A stretch of 64,000 bases of DNA from Fidelibacterota bacterium (GCA_947470105.1 CANISR010000002.1:1583-65582); one strand, 5' to 3'. Counted from the first letter of the stretch, positions 49,437 to 59,532 are shown. Notes: a model not told the origin generated them from the letters alone. Program-made: numbers and translations.

Positions 49437-51359
49437 ATGGCCAAGGCCAAACGCAAATCCGAGACCGAAGACCCCAACGACGGCGACGGCGCGAAAAAGC
49501 CGCGCCGCAGCGGAGGGCGCGTCGCCGCGACCACGGCCAACATCGTCGCCAATCTTCTCTCCGGCGCCGTGTGGGCGGGCCTGCTCGCCGCCGGCGCGCT
49601 GGCCTACTTCGCCATGGACCTGCCGGCCATCGACGAAACCTCGCTGACGCGCCGCCCGCATGTGCAGGTGCTGGACGCCGACGGCAACCAGATCGCGAAT
49701 TTCGGCGATATTTATGGCGAGACCCTCGATCTCAAGAAAGTGCCGCCGTATTTGCCGGCCGCCGTCGTAGCCGTCGAGGACCGGCGGTTCTACGACCATC
49801 ACGGCATCGACTTCCGCGGCCTCACCCGGGCGCTGGTGGTGGACCTCAAGGCCCGCAAGATGGTCCAGGGTGGCTCCACCATCACCCAACAGGTGGCCAA
49901 GAACCTGTTCCTGACGCCGGAACGCACGCTGACCCGTAAAGTCCGCGAGGCGCTGCTGGCGCTGAAGCTCGAGCGCGCCTTTACCAAGGACCAGATCCTG
50001 TCGCTCTACATGAACCGGGTCTATTTCGGCGGCGGCGTCTACGGCTTCGAAGCTGCCTCCGAGCGCTTCTTCGGCCACCCCGCCAAGGACGTGAGCGTAT
50101 TCCAGGCGGCGGTACTGGCGGGCCTGTTGAAGGCGCCCGCCCACTACAATCCGCAGCGGGAGCCCGAACAGGCCAAGGCCCGGGCCCAGGTGGTGCTCAC
50201 CACCATGGTCGAAACCGGCGCTGTGACCGACGCCCAAGCCAAATTGGCGCTGCGCACTGCGGCTCCCACCCTCAAGGCCGTGGTCGCGCCCATCACCACG
50301 GCGCGCTATTTCGCTGATTGGGTGGTGTCGCAGGTGGATTCCTACGTGGGCGCCATCGACCGCGACCTGGTGATCCACACCACCCTCGACCTGCGCCTGC
50401 AGGCCGCTACGGAAAAGGCGATCGCCCGGCACCTGGATAAGTCGGGCGCCAAGCTCGCCGTCACCGAAGCGGCGGCGGTGGTCATGTCCCCCGACGGCGC
50501 AGTGCGCGCCATGGTCGGCGGCCGGGACTATGCCGACAGCCAGTTCAACCGGGCCACCCAGGCCCTGCGCCAGCCGGGCTCGGCGTTCAAACCCTTCGTC
50601 TATATGGCGGCGGTGGAGAATGGCCTGAAGGCCGACGACGTGGTCACCGACGCGCCTATCAAGATTGGGCGCTGGAAACCGCGCAATTTCACCAACAGGT
50701 ACGAAGGCCCGGTGTCCGTGGAAACCGCCCTGGCCAAATCCCTGAACACCGCCACCGTGCGCATTGCCCAGGACGTGGGGCCCAAGGCCATCGTCGCCGC
50801 CGCCCACCGCATGGGCATCAATTCGCCCCTGAAGCCGGAATTGTCCCTGGCGCTGGGCACCGGTGAAGTGACCCTGCTGGAACTGACCGGCGCATATGCC
50901 CCCTTCGCCAACGGGGGCGCTGCGGTTCTGCCCTATACCATCCTCGACGTGGCAGAACGCAGCGGGGCTGTCCTGTACCGGCGCGAGGGCGGCGGCCTGG
51001 GACAGGTGATCTCTCCGGACACCGTCCAGACCATGAACAAGATGATGGTGCAGGTGATCGCCAACGGCACCGGCGCGGCCGCGGGCTTCGGCTTCCCGGC
51101 GGCGGGCAAGACGGGAACCAGCTCGGATTTCCGCGACGCCTGGTTCATGGGGTACACGACCGACTACGTGGCCGGTATCTGGGTGGGCAATGACTCAGGC
51201 GCCGAGATGAAGGGCGTGTCCGGCGGCGGATTGCCCGCGCAGATGTGGCACGACGTTATGGCCGCCGCTCATGTAGGCCATGAAATGCACGACCTTCCGG
51301 GGCTGGCGCCGCCCGACACCGATCTCATCGGCCGGGTGCTGTCGGTTTTCACGAACTAG
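49437..51359 (+). CDS. mrcA: penicillin-binding protein 1A family (bifunctional glycosyltransferase/transpeptidase)
   Basis: GT51 motifs EDRRFYDHHGID, GGSTITQQVAKN, RKVREALLALKLE. Transpeptidase SAFK, SLN, KTGTS. TM anchor after a basic N-terminus. Confidence 0.9.
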   Translation: MAKAKRKSETEDPNDGDGAKKPRRSGGRVAATTANIVANLLSGAVWAGLLAAGALAYFAMDLPAIDETSLTRRPHVQVLDADGNQIANFGDIYGETLDLKKVPPYLPAAVVAVEDRRFYDHHGIDFRGLTRALVVDLKARKMVQGGSTITQQVAKNLFLTPERTLTRKVREALLALKLERAFTKDQILSLYMNRVYFGGGVYGFEAASERFFGHPAKDVSVFQAAVLAGLLKAPAHYNPQREPEQAKARAQVVLTTMVETGAVTDAQAKLALRTAAPTLKAVVAPITTARYFADWVVSQVDSYVGAIDRDLVIHTTLDLRLQAATEKAIARHLDKSGAKLAVTEAAAVVMSPDGAVRAMVGGRDYADSQFNRATQALRQPGSAFKPFVYMAAVENGLKADDVVTDAPIKIGRWKPRNFTNRYEGPVSVETALAKSLNTATVRIAQDVGPKAIVAAAHRMGINSPLKPELSLALGTGEVTLLELTGAYAPFANGGAAVLPYTILDVAERSGAVLYRREGGGLGQVISPDTVQTMNKMMVQVIANGTGAAAGFGFPAAGKTGTSSDFRDAWFMGYTTDYVAGIWVGNDSGAEMKGVSGGGLPAQMWHDVMAAAHVGHEMHDLPGLAPPDTDLIGRVLSVFTN

Positions 51360-51937
51360 GGGTCGTGGGGTTGGGCTGCTACAGCCACAATCGCAACGCG
51401 ACACTCAACTGCCAGTATGTGCCAAATTGTCGGTACACATTCCCTAGTTGTGAAATCGGGCGTTATTTTCGCAAGAATGTTGCTTTTTTCCCTCGATTTG
51501 CCCGGTTTTGACCCCAGTTCAACCTCAATCTCCGCTCATGGTCCTAGGAGATTGAAAGCGAAGCCGAAACAACCGTAGGCGCGCGCCATATCCCGAGCCT
51601 CCTGGCCGCAGACCGAATAGTGATCGCGACTTTAATATCCTCTGCATCAGAAAATAAGAAACAATCAAAAGTTCAAACGGGGTATTCGAGCAATTTTATT
51701 TTTGTTGTCTCCCCGGGCTCGTCCCCCAAATATCCGCCCGCTTTACCGGTCGTTCAGCACGCCAGAACATCGTGTTGTAGGCCGAAGGGATTGAGAGACG
51801 TCCCAACCGGGGTGACTGAAAACAAGGTCGCGCAAGCGGCGTCCGGTTGTTGAACACAGGGAACACACAATTACGAGGCGGCGTTGAATGCGCCGGTGTG
51901 TGGGTGTTGCTGTGCCCAACCAAAGAAGGAACGACCT

Positions 51938-52678
51938 GTGATCACTCAGCGTATTCTGCCGCGGATCATGTCCGCCTTAAGAACCTGGACCCTCTCGGGC
52001 CTCGTGGCGCTGAGCGCTCTGGGCCTGGCGGCCCCGGCTTCGGCCGCAGTCGAGATCCCCGCCGACGTCCGTATCGACTATTCCTCCATCGTGGTGTCCA
52101 AGGACGAGTTGGTCTGCCTCGCCCTTAACGATTACTACGAAGCCCGCTCTGAATCCCTCGCCGGGCGTATCGCCGTGGCCCGCGTGGTCCTCAACCGCGC
52201 CATGGATTCGCGCTTCCCCGGCAACCTCTGCGACATCATCAAGCAGACCAGCTTCCAGGGCGAAAATAAGCGCTGCCAGTTCTCATGGTTCTGCGAAGGC
52301 AAGTCCGACGCCATGGCCGAAATGGACCAATGGCGCCTGTCGCTGAAGATCGCCGCCGCCGTGCTGCAGAAGGATTGCGCCATCCCGGACCCCACCGGCG
52401 GGGCCCTGTGGTACCACGCCGACTTCACCCGTCCGGCTTGGGCGGTGGGCTATGAAAGCACCACCATCATCGGAAACCATGTGTTCTACCGCGACGCCGA
52501 CAATTCCCGCGTCAAAGCGCCGGTGCGCCGGCCGTTCATTTATCGCCTGAACGCCTTTGCCGAAGCGGTCGCGGCCAAGTCGAAGCCAACCACCTACGCC
52601 AATGTCGGCACGACCGTCGCCAGCTCAGCCATAGGCGTGCAGGGCGGTCCCGCTCCGGTGCAGCCACTCGCGCGCTAG
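51938..52678 (+). CDS. cell wall hydrolase, SleB (Hydrolase_2) family
   Basis: Signal peptide MSALRTWTLSGLVALSALGLAAPASA. LALNDYYEARSES..GRIAVARVVLNR and WYHA motifs of SleB-type amidases. GTG at 51938 preceded by GAAGGAA (ATG at 51968 is an alternative). Confidence 0.8.
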   Translation: MITQRILPRIMSALRTWTLSGLVALSALGLAAPASAAVEIPADVRIDYSSIVVSKDELVCLALNDYYEARSESLAGRIAVARVVLNRAMDSRFPGNLCDIIKQTSFQGENKRCQFSWFCEGKSDAMAEMDQWRLSLKIAAAVLQKDCAIPDPTGGALWYHADFTRPAWAVGYESTTIIGNHVFYRDADNSRVKAPVRRPFIYRLNAFAEAVAAKSKPTTYANVGTTVASSAIGVQGGPAPVQPLAR

Positions 52679-53386
52679 TTTCGGCGGCAGAGTCTCCCGC
52701 TTTCCATCTTCAGCATAAACGGCCAGCGCTTCGCTCACCGTGCGCCAGAACGCGCGGCTGTGGTCGAGGTGCCTGAGATGGGCGACCTCGTGAGCGGCGA
52801 CATAAGTCAGCACCGCTTCCGGCGCCAGGATCAGCCGCCAACTGAATGAGAGTTTACCGTCAGCGCTGCAGCTTCCCCAGCGTGAGCGTGTATCGCGCAC
52901 ACTTATGCGGGCCACCTTGCACCCCAGCGCTTCGGCCATACGACGCGCCCGCGGACCCAGCAGAGCCTTGGCCTCGGCTTTCAGCCAGTCGGTCACGCGC
53001 CGGGCCATATGTTCCGCGCGGCCGCTGACGAAAATCACGCCGTCCTCTCGCCAGACGCCGCGACGCGCCTCGGGGGCATGGCGGATCACATGGTCGACGC
53101 CGAGGTAAGGCAGACTGACGCCGTCCTGGAACAGGATACGCGGCGGCAAGGACTGAAGCCGGTCTTCGATCCACTGGCGCATCTCGACGGCGAAGCGGGT
53201 CGCCGCCCGCGCCGAGACGCCGCGGGGACGCACCAGTACGATCTGCCCGGCGGCAGGATCGAGCCGCAAGCTGATGCGCCGCGCGCGGGGGCTGATGCGC
53301 GTGGTCATGCGCGCCGACAGGGGGCCCAACGCCGCCTGAAGATGGGCGGCAAGCTCAACGGCCTTGGCGTCGTCGCTTTGAAACAT
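52625..53386 (-). CDS. YgjP-like (DUF45) M48-related metallohydrolase
   Basis: 253 aa. C-terminal HEVAHLRHLDH (HExxH) with the DUF45 layout. 3' end overlaps the SleB gene by 54 bp. Confidence 0.8.
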   Translation of the reverse strand: MFQSDDAKAVELAAHLQAALGPLSARMTTRISPRARRISLRLDPAAGQIVLVRPRGVSARAATRFAVEMRQWIEDRLQSLPPRILFQDGVSLPYLGVDHVIRHAPEARRGVWREDGVIFVSGRAEHMARRVTDWLKAEAKALLGPRARRMAEALGCKVARISVRDTRSRWGSCSADGKLSFSWRLILAPEAVLTYVAAHEVAHLRHLDHSRAFWRTVSEALAVYAEDGKRETLPPKLAREWLHRSGTALHAYG

Positions 53387-53407
53387 AGTCCGGAGAGTAA
53401 TCCAGCT

Positions 53408-53833
53408 TTAGTCGACGATATAGTTCTCGAGCGCCCCGGCACGGCGTTCCGAGATGCAGCGCCCACGCATGGAGATTCCGGAGGTGTGGACGCTGTCCGG
53501 ATCGCCACTGATAAGCGGATGCCAGGCCGCCAGGTCTCCGCCCTCGCTGAGCACGCGATAGGCGCATGTATCCGGCAGCCAATCGAGCTTCTCGACACTC
53601 TCTTGGGTGAGGATCACGCAATCGGGGACGAGTTGTTTGCGCTTCGGGTAATTGGTGCAACGGCAAGTATCCGTATCCAGGAGCCTGCAGCTCACCCGGG
53701 TCATCTTGAGGCTGCCGTCGGGATAGCGCAGCTTATGCAGGCAGCATTTGCCGCAGCCGTCGCACAGGCTTTCCCATTCCGCCGGGCTCATTTCGGCGAG
53801 AGACTTCTCCCGCCAGAAACGGCCTTCATTCAT
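53408..53833 (-). CDS. ycgN: YcgN family cysteine-cluster protein (UPF0260)
   Basis: 141 aa. FWREKSL...CDGCGKCCLHKL...CRLLD..TCRC pattern. Confidence 0.85.
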   Translation of the reverse strand: MNEGRFWREKSLAEMSPAEWESLCDGCGKCCLHKLRYPDGSLKMTRVSCRLLDTDTCRCTNYPKRKQLVPDCVILTQESVEKLDWLPDTCAYRVLSEGGDLAAWHPLISGDPDSVHTSGISMRGRCISERRAGALENYIVD

Positions 53834-54438
53834 TTGGGATTCAATTCACGGCGCAGGCGGGTGGCGATGTCCTGGGCGGTGGCGTCCTTGGGGAAATGCG
53901 CCACGTACCGGCCTTCACGGTCCGTCAGATAGATGTAGCCGGTGTGGTCCATGAGGTAGTCGGCCTTGCCCTCTGAGCCTGCCGACTTGCTGGCGTAAAC
54001 CCGGTAGACGCTTTCGGCAGCGCGAATCTGCTCAGGCGTTCCGGTGAGGCCCACCATGCGCGGATGGAAATGGCCGAGGTAGGTGGAGATCACTTCCTTG
54101 GTGTCGCGCTCCGGGTCGATGGTGATGAACAGCGGCAGCACATCATCGGCGACAGGGCCCGCCATCTGGATCGCCTGGGTCACGTACTGCAGCGCCAGGG
54201 GGCAGATATCCGGGCAGAAGGTGTAGCCGAAGTAGATCAGGGTGTAGTGACCCTCGAGCATCTTCTCCGTCACCACATTGCCCTTGGTGTCTTCAAGGGT
54301 GAACGGCCCGCCGATGGCGGCCTGGCCGGTGACGGTGATGGCGGGCTTCGGCGGCGAACGCATGCCCGGCAGATAGAGGATCAGGATCAGAACCGTGCCG
54401 GCGGCGATCATGAGCGCCAGGAGAATACGTTTGCCCAT
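53830..54438 (-). CDS. SCO family copper chaperone / thiol-disulfide oxidoreductase (SenC/PrrC)
   Basis: TM anchor. FGYTFCPDICP CxxxC motif and distal His (MDHTGY). Confidence 0.88.
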   Translation of the reverse strand: MGKRILLALMIAAGTVLILILYLPGMRSPPKPAITVTGQAAIGGPFTLEDTKGNVVTEKMLEGHYTLIYFGYTFCPDICPLALQYVTQAIQMAGPVADDVLPLFITIDPERDTKEVISTYLGHFHPRMVGLTGTPEQIRAAESVYRVYASKSAGSEGKADYLMDHTGYIYLTDREGRYVAHFPKDATAQDIATRLRRELNPK

Positions 54439-54442
54439 GGTG

Positions 54443-55807
54443 CTACTTCAGGCCTTGCAGTTGCTTAGCGGCTTCGGCCTTCAGGGGCGAGCCGTCGGGA
54501 ACCTGTTCGAAGGATTTGCGGGCGAGGGCGGCATCCCCTGTCCGAACGGCAGCGAGCCCGGTGAGGTAAAGCGCCTCGCCGCTTTTAGGATCCAGCGCCA
54601 GCGCCTCCTTCAGCGCCTTGGCGGCGCCGGCAGGGACAGGGCCGCTCGGGCCGGTAATGACGAGGGCGGCGTATTGAAGCTTTGGTTGGATCTCCGCCGG
54701 CTTCAGCGCCATGGCTTTTTCATAGGCTTTGGCGGCGTCCTCGGGCTTGCGCAGCACGGTGTAAGATTTCCCCAGCATCATCCAGCCCTCGTAGTCGGCG
54801 GGATTCTGTTCGAGGCGGGCGGCGAGGCCGCCGACCATGCCTTCGATCATCTGACGCTGTTCGCCGGTGAAGCCGCCGGAATCGGGCGGAGTGGCAGGCG
54901 GCGGCGCTGCGGCGACCGCCGTTCCGTCGGCGGGAAGGATATCCAACGGGTGTTGCGGCGTGACGCTCATGGGCGGAATGCCGGCCGCCTGGGCCACCTT
55001 GGTCATCTCCTCGCGCACCACAGGCACCCACGGCGCTTCCGGCGGCGATGTGGCGGCAAGATCGCGCCAAATGGCGATGGCGCTTTTGGCGTCGCCCCGC
55101 AGGGCAAACTCCAGGCCGAGATAAAACCGCGCGCGCGGCTCGTTGCGGTCCAAGGTCAGGGATTTGATGAAGGCCGCGTGCGCCTCGGGCGACACAGTGC
55201 CGCCGGCGGCCGCGGTCATGGCCTCACCGAGCCCGGCGTAAGTATCGCCGTCGGGCTGCAGCGCCGCGAGCTTTCTGTAGGTGGCGACAGCCTCGTCGAA
55301 GCGCCCGAGCTGGCGGTAGGTGCGCGCCAGCAGGGTGAGGCCTTGGGTATCGGTGGGATTGGCTGCGACCTTGGCCGCCAGTTCCTGGACCATACGCGCG
55401 ATCTGCGCTTCGTTGTCGTCGTGGCCCGCCGTGCCTGTTCCGGGTGCGGAGGCCGGCACCGTCGGCTGGCCGACGCTGAGATAAACCGCGACAGCCAGAG
55501 CCGGGACCAGGACCGCGATCCCGCCGGCGGTGAGCTTCCGGCGCAGCGGCGAGTCCGTGCGGATTTCGCCCTGGGTGACCTTGCCGGCGGCGATGATGCG
55601 GCGCTGGATCTCGAGGCGGGCGGCATCGGCTTCGGTCGGCGTCAGCACACCGCGTTCCAGGTCACGGTCCACTTCTTTGAGCTGGTCCTGGAACACTGCG
55701 ACGTTATAGGAGGCCCGGTCCTGGGCAACCCCAGGCGCACGCAGCAACGGCCACAGCAACACCGCCACGGCCACGAGGGCCGCCAGGCCGATCAGCACCC
55801 AGATCAT
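54443..55807 (-). CDS. ccmI: c-type cytochrome biogenesis protein CcmI (CycH)
   Basis: 454 aa. Two N-terminal TM helices separated by a charged loop, then a TPR-rich periplasmic domain. Follows ccmH with an ATGA overlap. Confidence 0.85.
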   Translation of the reverse strand: MIWVLIGLAALVAVAVLLWPLLRAPGVAQDRASYNVAVFQDQLKEVDRDLERGVLTPTEADAARLEIQRRIIAAGKVTQGEIRTDSPLRRKLTAGGIAVLVPALAVAVYLSVGQPTVPASAPGTGTAGHDDNEAQIARMVQELAAKVAANPTDTQGLTLLARTYRQLGRFDEAVATYRKLAALQPDGDTYAGLGEAMTAAAGGTVSPEAHAAFIKSLTLDRNEPRARFYLGLEFALRGDAKSAIAIWRDLAATSPPEAPWVPVVREEMTKVAQAAGIPPMSVTPQHPLDILPADGTAVAAAPPPATPPDSGGFTGEQRQMIEGMVGGLAARLEQNPADYEGWMMLGKSYTVLRKPEDAAKAYEKAMALKPAEIQPKLQYAALVITGPSGPVPAGAAKALKEALALDPKSGEALYLTGLAAVRTGDAALARKSFEQVPDGSPLKAEAAKQLQGLK

Positions 55808-56265
55808 GCGCGGCCTCCTTCTTGGCGGTCATCAGCGGCGGCCAGTGCAGATTGTTCTTCCGCGCTCAAGGCGGATGGCTCTTTGTAACGCCGCCCCATG
55901 CGGCGCGACGCGGCCCAGGCGCCCAGCAGCAACACCACCGCCGGTCCGAACCACAGCAGGTATGTGACGGGCATAAAGCGCGGCTGCAGGCGCACGTAGT
56001 CGCCGTAACGGCTGGTCATATAGGCCATGATCGCATCGTTGCTGTCGCCGGCGGTGATGCGCTCGCGCACCAGGAGGCGCATGTCGCGGGCGATCTCGGC
56101 GTTGGATTCGTCGATGGTCTCGTTCTGGCACTGGACGCAGCGCAGGTGCTTGCTGACCTCCCGCGCGCGGGCCTCCAATGCCGGATCCTTCAGCATCTCG
56201 CTGGGTTCGACCGCCACCGCTGCCGTAGCGAGCAGGCTGGCGAGGAAAATTGTAGACCACTTCAT
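55804..56265 (-). CDS. ccmH: cytochrome c-type biogenesis protein CcmH (CycL)
   Basis: LRCVQCQNETIDESNA (LRCxxC) motif, signal peptide, C-terminal TM helix. Confidence 0.9.
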   Translation of the reverse strand: MKWSTIFLASLLATAAVAVEPSEMLKDPALEARAREVSKHLRCVQCQNETIDESNAEIARDMRLLVRERITAGDSNDAIMAYMTSRYGDYVRLQPRFMPVTYLLWFGPAVVLLLGAWAASRRMGRRYKEPSALSAEEQSALAAADDRQEGGRA

Positions 56266-56846
56266 TTGGTGAGCGGCTCGCTCTTTAAACGTTCAATCAG
56301 GGGCTTGATGGTGGCCTGCCACTTTTCACGGGTGATGATGCCGGGCTCCTTGTAGCGGATGACACCCTGCTTATCGATTACGAAGCTCTCGGGTGCGGCC
56401 ACTACACCGAAGCCGATGGCGGCGTGGCTGCGGGGGTCCTGGCCCACCTTGTCGAAGGGGTCGCCGTGGCGCGCGAGCCAGGCGAGGCTCGCGTCCGGTT
56501 CGTCGCGCCAGGCGACGCCCTGAATTTTCACCACACCGCTGCGGGCGATCTCCAGCAGCATCGGGTGCTCGGCGACGCAGGCCACGCACCAGGAGCCCCA
56601 GAAGTTGACCAGAGTGACCTGGCCCTTGAGATCCTCGCTGCGCAAGGCGTCTCCGCGCCCCGGTAACGGCGTCAGATCGAAAGCCGGCATGGGTGTGTTT
56701 TCCAACACCGTCGGAATCAGGCTGGGGTCCTTGCCCTGTTCAACGTCCAGCAGCCGCTTGCCGAACAGGCCGGCGAGTACCAGCACGACCGCAAGGGGTA
56801 TCAGATAGGGCCAGCGATTGACCTTAGGCGCGGGAATGTCGCTCAT
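56262..56846 (-). CDS. ccmG: thiol:disulfide interchange protein DsbE/CcmG
   Basis: TM anchor. VNFWGSWCVACVAEHP thioredoxin CxxC motif and GVAAPESF (GVxGxPETF-like) motif. ATG at 56846 lies 1 nt after the ccmF stop. Confidence 0.9.
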   Translation of the reverse strand: MSDIPAPKVNRWPYLIPLAVVLVLAGLFGKRLLDVEQGKDPSLIPTVLENTPMPAFDLTPLPGRGDALRSEDLKGQVTLVNFWGSWCVACVAEHPMLLEIARSGVVKIQGVAWRDEPDASLAWLARHGDPFDKVGQDPRSHAAIGFGVVAAPESFVIDKQGVIRYKEPGIITREKWQATIKPLIERLKSEPLTK

Positions 56847-56847
56847 C

Positions 56848-58848
56848 TTATTCCGCGGGCTGTGGTGCGGCGTCGCTGACGTCCACATCCTTGGTGGCGG
56901 CGCGGCGCGGCGCGCCCACCCGGAGACGCCGGTCGGTCAGCGACATAAAGCCACCCAGCACCATCAGGATCACGCCGTACCAGATGAAGGGCAGCAGCGG
57001 CTGATAGTAGAAGCGGGTGACGTACTCACCGTCTTCGCCTTGGGCCTCGCCTAGCGCGGCGTAGAGGTCTGAGAAGAAATTGGTATGGATGGAGGTGAAG
57101 GTGGTCTGCATGGGCGGCTGCACGTAGGTACGGAGTTCCGGATGCAAGGTGGCCAGCGGCCGTCCGCCTTTACTCACTTCAATGGTGGCATGGGCGGCGC
57201 TGTAGTTGGGCCCCTGCTGCGGGACGGCGCCCTTGAAGGTCATGGTGTAGCCGGCGATGTCCATGGTCTCGCCGGGCTTCATGACCTGGATGGCTTCCTG
57301 CTTCCAGGCCGACGACGCGGTGACGCCGGCGATCAGCACGGCCATGCCGAAATGCGCCAGGGTCATGCCGTGCGCCGAGCGCGGCAGATTGATGAGGCGC
57401 GCGAGCGCGCCTTCGCGGCCGAAGCGGATACGCCCGCCCCATTCCATCAGCGATGCCACCGCGAGCCACAGCGCAAGCGTGAAGCCCAGCGCCGCGCCCA
57501 GGGCCACGAGGCTGACGCCCGCGATGGCCATAGTCGCACCCGCGCCGACGACGGCGAGCGCGCCGGCGATCTTGAGGCGGCCGAGGGCGCCTTGCAGGTC
57601 GGCGCGTTTCCACGATAGCAGCGGGCCCACGCCCAGGAGGGCCACCAGCGGCACCATCAAGGGAATGAACACGCCGTCGAAATAAGGCCGGCCCACGGAG
57701 ATCTTTCCGATTTCCAGCGCTTCGGTGACCAGCGGATACAAGGTGCCGAGCAACACCGTCGCTGCCGCGGTGGTGAGCAGCAGGTTGTTGATGAGCAAGC
57801 CGCCTTCCCGCGAGATCGGCGCGAAGGCGCCGCCGCCGTCGAGCTGCGGCGCGCGAATGGCGTAAAGCGTGAGCGAGCCGCCGATGGCGAGACCCAGCAG
57901 CGCCAGAATGAAAATCCCGCGGGTGGGGTCGGCGGCAAAGGCGTGCACCGACGTCAGTACGCCGGAGCGCACCAGGAACGTGCCCAGCAGCGACAGGGAG
58001 AAGGTGATAATGGCGAGCAAGATGGTCCAGCTTTTGAGCGCCTCGCGTTTCTCCACCACGATCGCGGAATGCAGCAGCGCGGTGCCCGTGAGCCACGGCA
58101 TGAACGACGCGTTCTCGACCGGATCCCACACCCACCAACCGCCCCAGCCCAGGGTGTAATAGGACCACCAGCTGCCGAGGCCGATACCGAGGGTGAGGAA
58201 GGCCCAGGCGGCCAGCGTCCACGGGCGCACCCAGCGCGCCCAGGCGGCGTCGACGCGGCCGTCGATCAACGCGGCGACGGCGAAGGAGAAGGCCATAGAG
58301 AAGCCGACGTAGCCCATGTAGAGCATGGGCGGATGCACGGCGAGGCCCGGATCCTGCAGCAGCGGGTTGAGGCCCTGGCCCTGGCCTGGCGCCGGGATCA
58401 CCCGCAGGAAGGGATTGGAGCTGAACAGGATGAAGGCCAGGAACCCGACGCTGATCATGCCCTGCACTGCCAGCGCGCGGGCGCGCAGGGCCGGCGGCAG
58501 GTTGGCGCCGAAGGCGGCTACAGCAGCGCCGAAGACCGCGAGGATGGTGACCCACAACAGCAGCGAGCCTTCGTGGTTTCCCCACACGCCGGAGATTTTG
58601 TAGAGGAGCGGCTTGGCGGTGTGGGAGTTCTGATAGACCCCGAGTACCGAGAAGTCCGACACCAGGAACGCATGTGTGAGCGCGGCGAAGGACAGCGCCA
58701 CCAGCGCGAACTGCATGAGGGCGGCGGGCTTGGCCACCGCCATCCAGGCCGCGTTATTACGCTGGGCGCCGATGAGCGGAACGCTCGCCTGGATGAGCGC
58801 GACGACCATCGCCAAAGCGAGCGCGAAGTGTCCGAGTTCGGTGAACAT
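56848..58848 (-). CDS. ccmF: haem lyase CcmF
   Basis: 666 aa polytopic protein. WGGWWVWDPVENASFMPW tryptophan-rich (WWD) motif. Confidence 0.95.
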   Translation of the reverse strand: MFTELGHFALALAMVVALIQASVPLIGAQRNNAAWMAVAKPAALMQFALVALSFAALTHAFLVSDFSVLGVYQNSHTAKPLLYKISGVWGNHEGSLLLWVTILAVFGAAVAAFGANLPPALRARALAVQGMISVGFLAFILFSSNPFLRVIPAPGQGQGLNPLLQDPGLAVHPPMLYMGYVGFSMAFSFAVAALIDGRVDAAWARWVRPWTLAAWAFLTLGIGLGSWWSYYTLGWGGWWVWDPVENASFMPWLTGTALLHSAIVVEKREALKSWTILLAIITFSLSLLGTFLVRSGVLTSVHAFAADPTRGIFILALLGLAIGGSLTLYAIRAPQLDGGGAFAPISREGGLLINNLLLTTAAATVLLGTLYPLVTEALEIGKISVGRPYFDGVFIPLMVPLVALLGVGPLLSWKRADLQGALGRLKIAGALAVVGAGATMAIAGVSLVALGAALGFTLALWLAVASLMEWGGRIRFGREGALARLINLPRSAHGMTLAHFGMAVLIAGVTASSAWKQEAIQVMKPGETMDIAGYTMTFKGAVPQQGPNYSAAHATIEVSKGGRPLATLHPELRTYVQPPMQTTFTSIHTNFFSDLYAALGEAQGEDGEYVTRFYYQPLLPFIWYGVILMVLGGFMSLTDRRLRVGAPRRAATKDVDVSDAAPQPAE

Positions 58849-58860
58849 CAGTGGGCCTGT

Positions 58861-59346
58861 CTATTTTGCCGGGGTCGCGGAAGGGGCGCCGCCTTCTTGC
58901 CGCGGCGGCGCTTGAACGCCGCCTTCCTGCCAATGCCCGCTCTTCTTCAGCGCGTCGGCAACTTCCTTGGGCATGTAGTTCTCATCGTGTTTAGCGAGCA
59001 CTTCGCTGGCCACGAACACGCCGCCCTTCATCTGGCCTTCGGCGATGATGCCTTGGCCCTCGCGGAACAGATCCGGCAGCAAGCCGGTGTATTGGACCTT
59101 GAGCGTGTTGCTCATGTCGGTGACGGAGAAGCTGATGTTCTCGCCGTTTTTCACCAGGCTGCCGTTTTCCACCAGGCCGCCGATGCGCACGCGCTGATTG
59201 GCAGCGACTTTCCCGGCGGCGACTTCGGTGGGGCTGCGGAAGAAAACAATGTTGTCCTGGAACGCGGTCAAGGCCAGCGCCACGCCACCGCCCAGGCCCA
59301 ACAGGCCGAGCATCACGAAATAAAGCCGGCGGCGTTTGCGGGTCAT
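58861..59346 (-). CDS. ccmE: cytochrome c maturation haem chaperone CcmE
   Basis: MTRKRRRLYFV anchor and LAKHDENYMP haem-binding His motif. ATG at 59346 chosen from the longer ORF. Confidence 0.93.
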   Translation of the reverse strand: MTRKRRRLYFVMLGLLGLGGGVALALTAFQDNIVFFRSPTEVAAGKVAANQRVRIGGLVENGSLVKNGENISFSVTDMSNTLKVQYTGLLPDLFREGQGIIAEGQMKGGVFVASEVLAKHDENYMPKEVADALKKSGHWQEGGVQAPPRQEGGAPSATPAK

Positions 59347-59528
59347 GCTGCATCTCCCGGTGCGGGGGGTCGATTGCGGCGGACGGCCGCGAACTCCCGC
59401 TCGCGCGCCTTGAGGCTGCGCAGCGTGATGAGCAACAGGCCGATCAATCCGACCGCCACAGCTCCGTAGGCGGGCCACACCCACATGGCGTAACCGCCCA
59501 TCTCGAGAACTTTGGTCACGGCGTCCAT
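59343..59528 (-). CDS. ccmD: haem exporter protein CcmD
   Basis: 61 aa, single TM (GGYAMWVWPAYGAVAVGLIGLLLI). Positioned between ccmC and ccmE. Confidence 0.8.
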   Translation of the reverse strand: MDAVTKVLEMGGYAMWVWPAYGAVAVGLIGLLLITLRSLKAREREFAAVRRNRPPAPGDAA

Positions 59529-59532
59529 ATGA

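Noticed and set aside
51620-51923. Small ORFs (77 aa plus strand, 75 aa minus strand) in the low-GC gap upstream of sleB
   Set aside because: They have no ribosome-binding site, atypical composition and mutual overlap. More likely this is non-coding leader or regulatory DNA.
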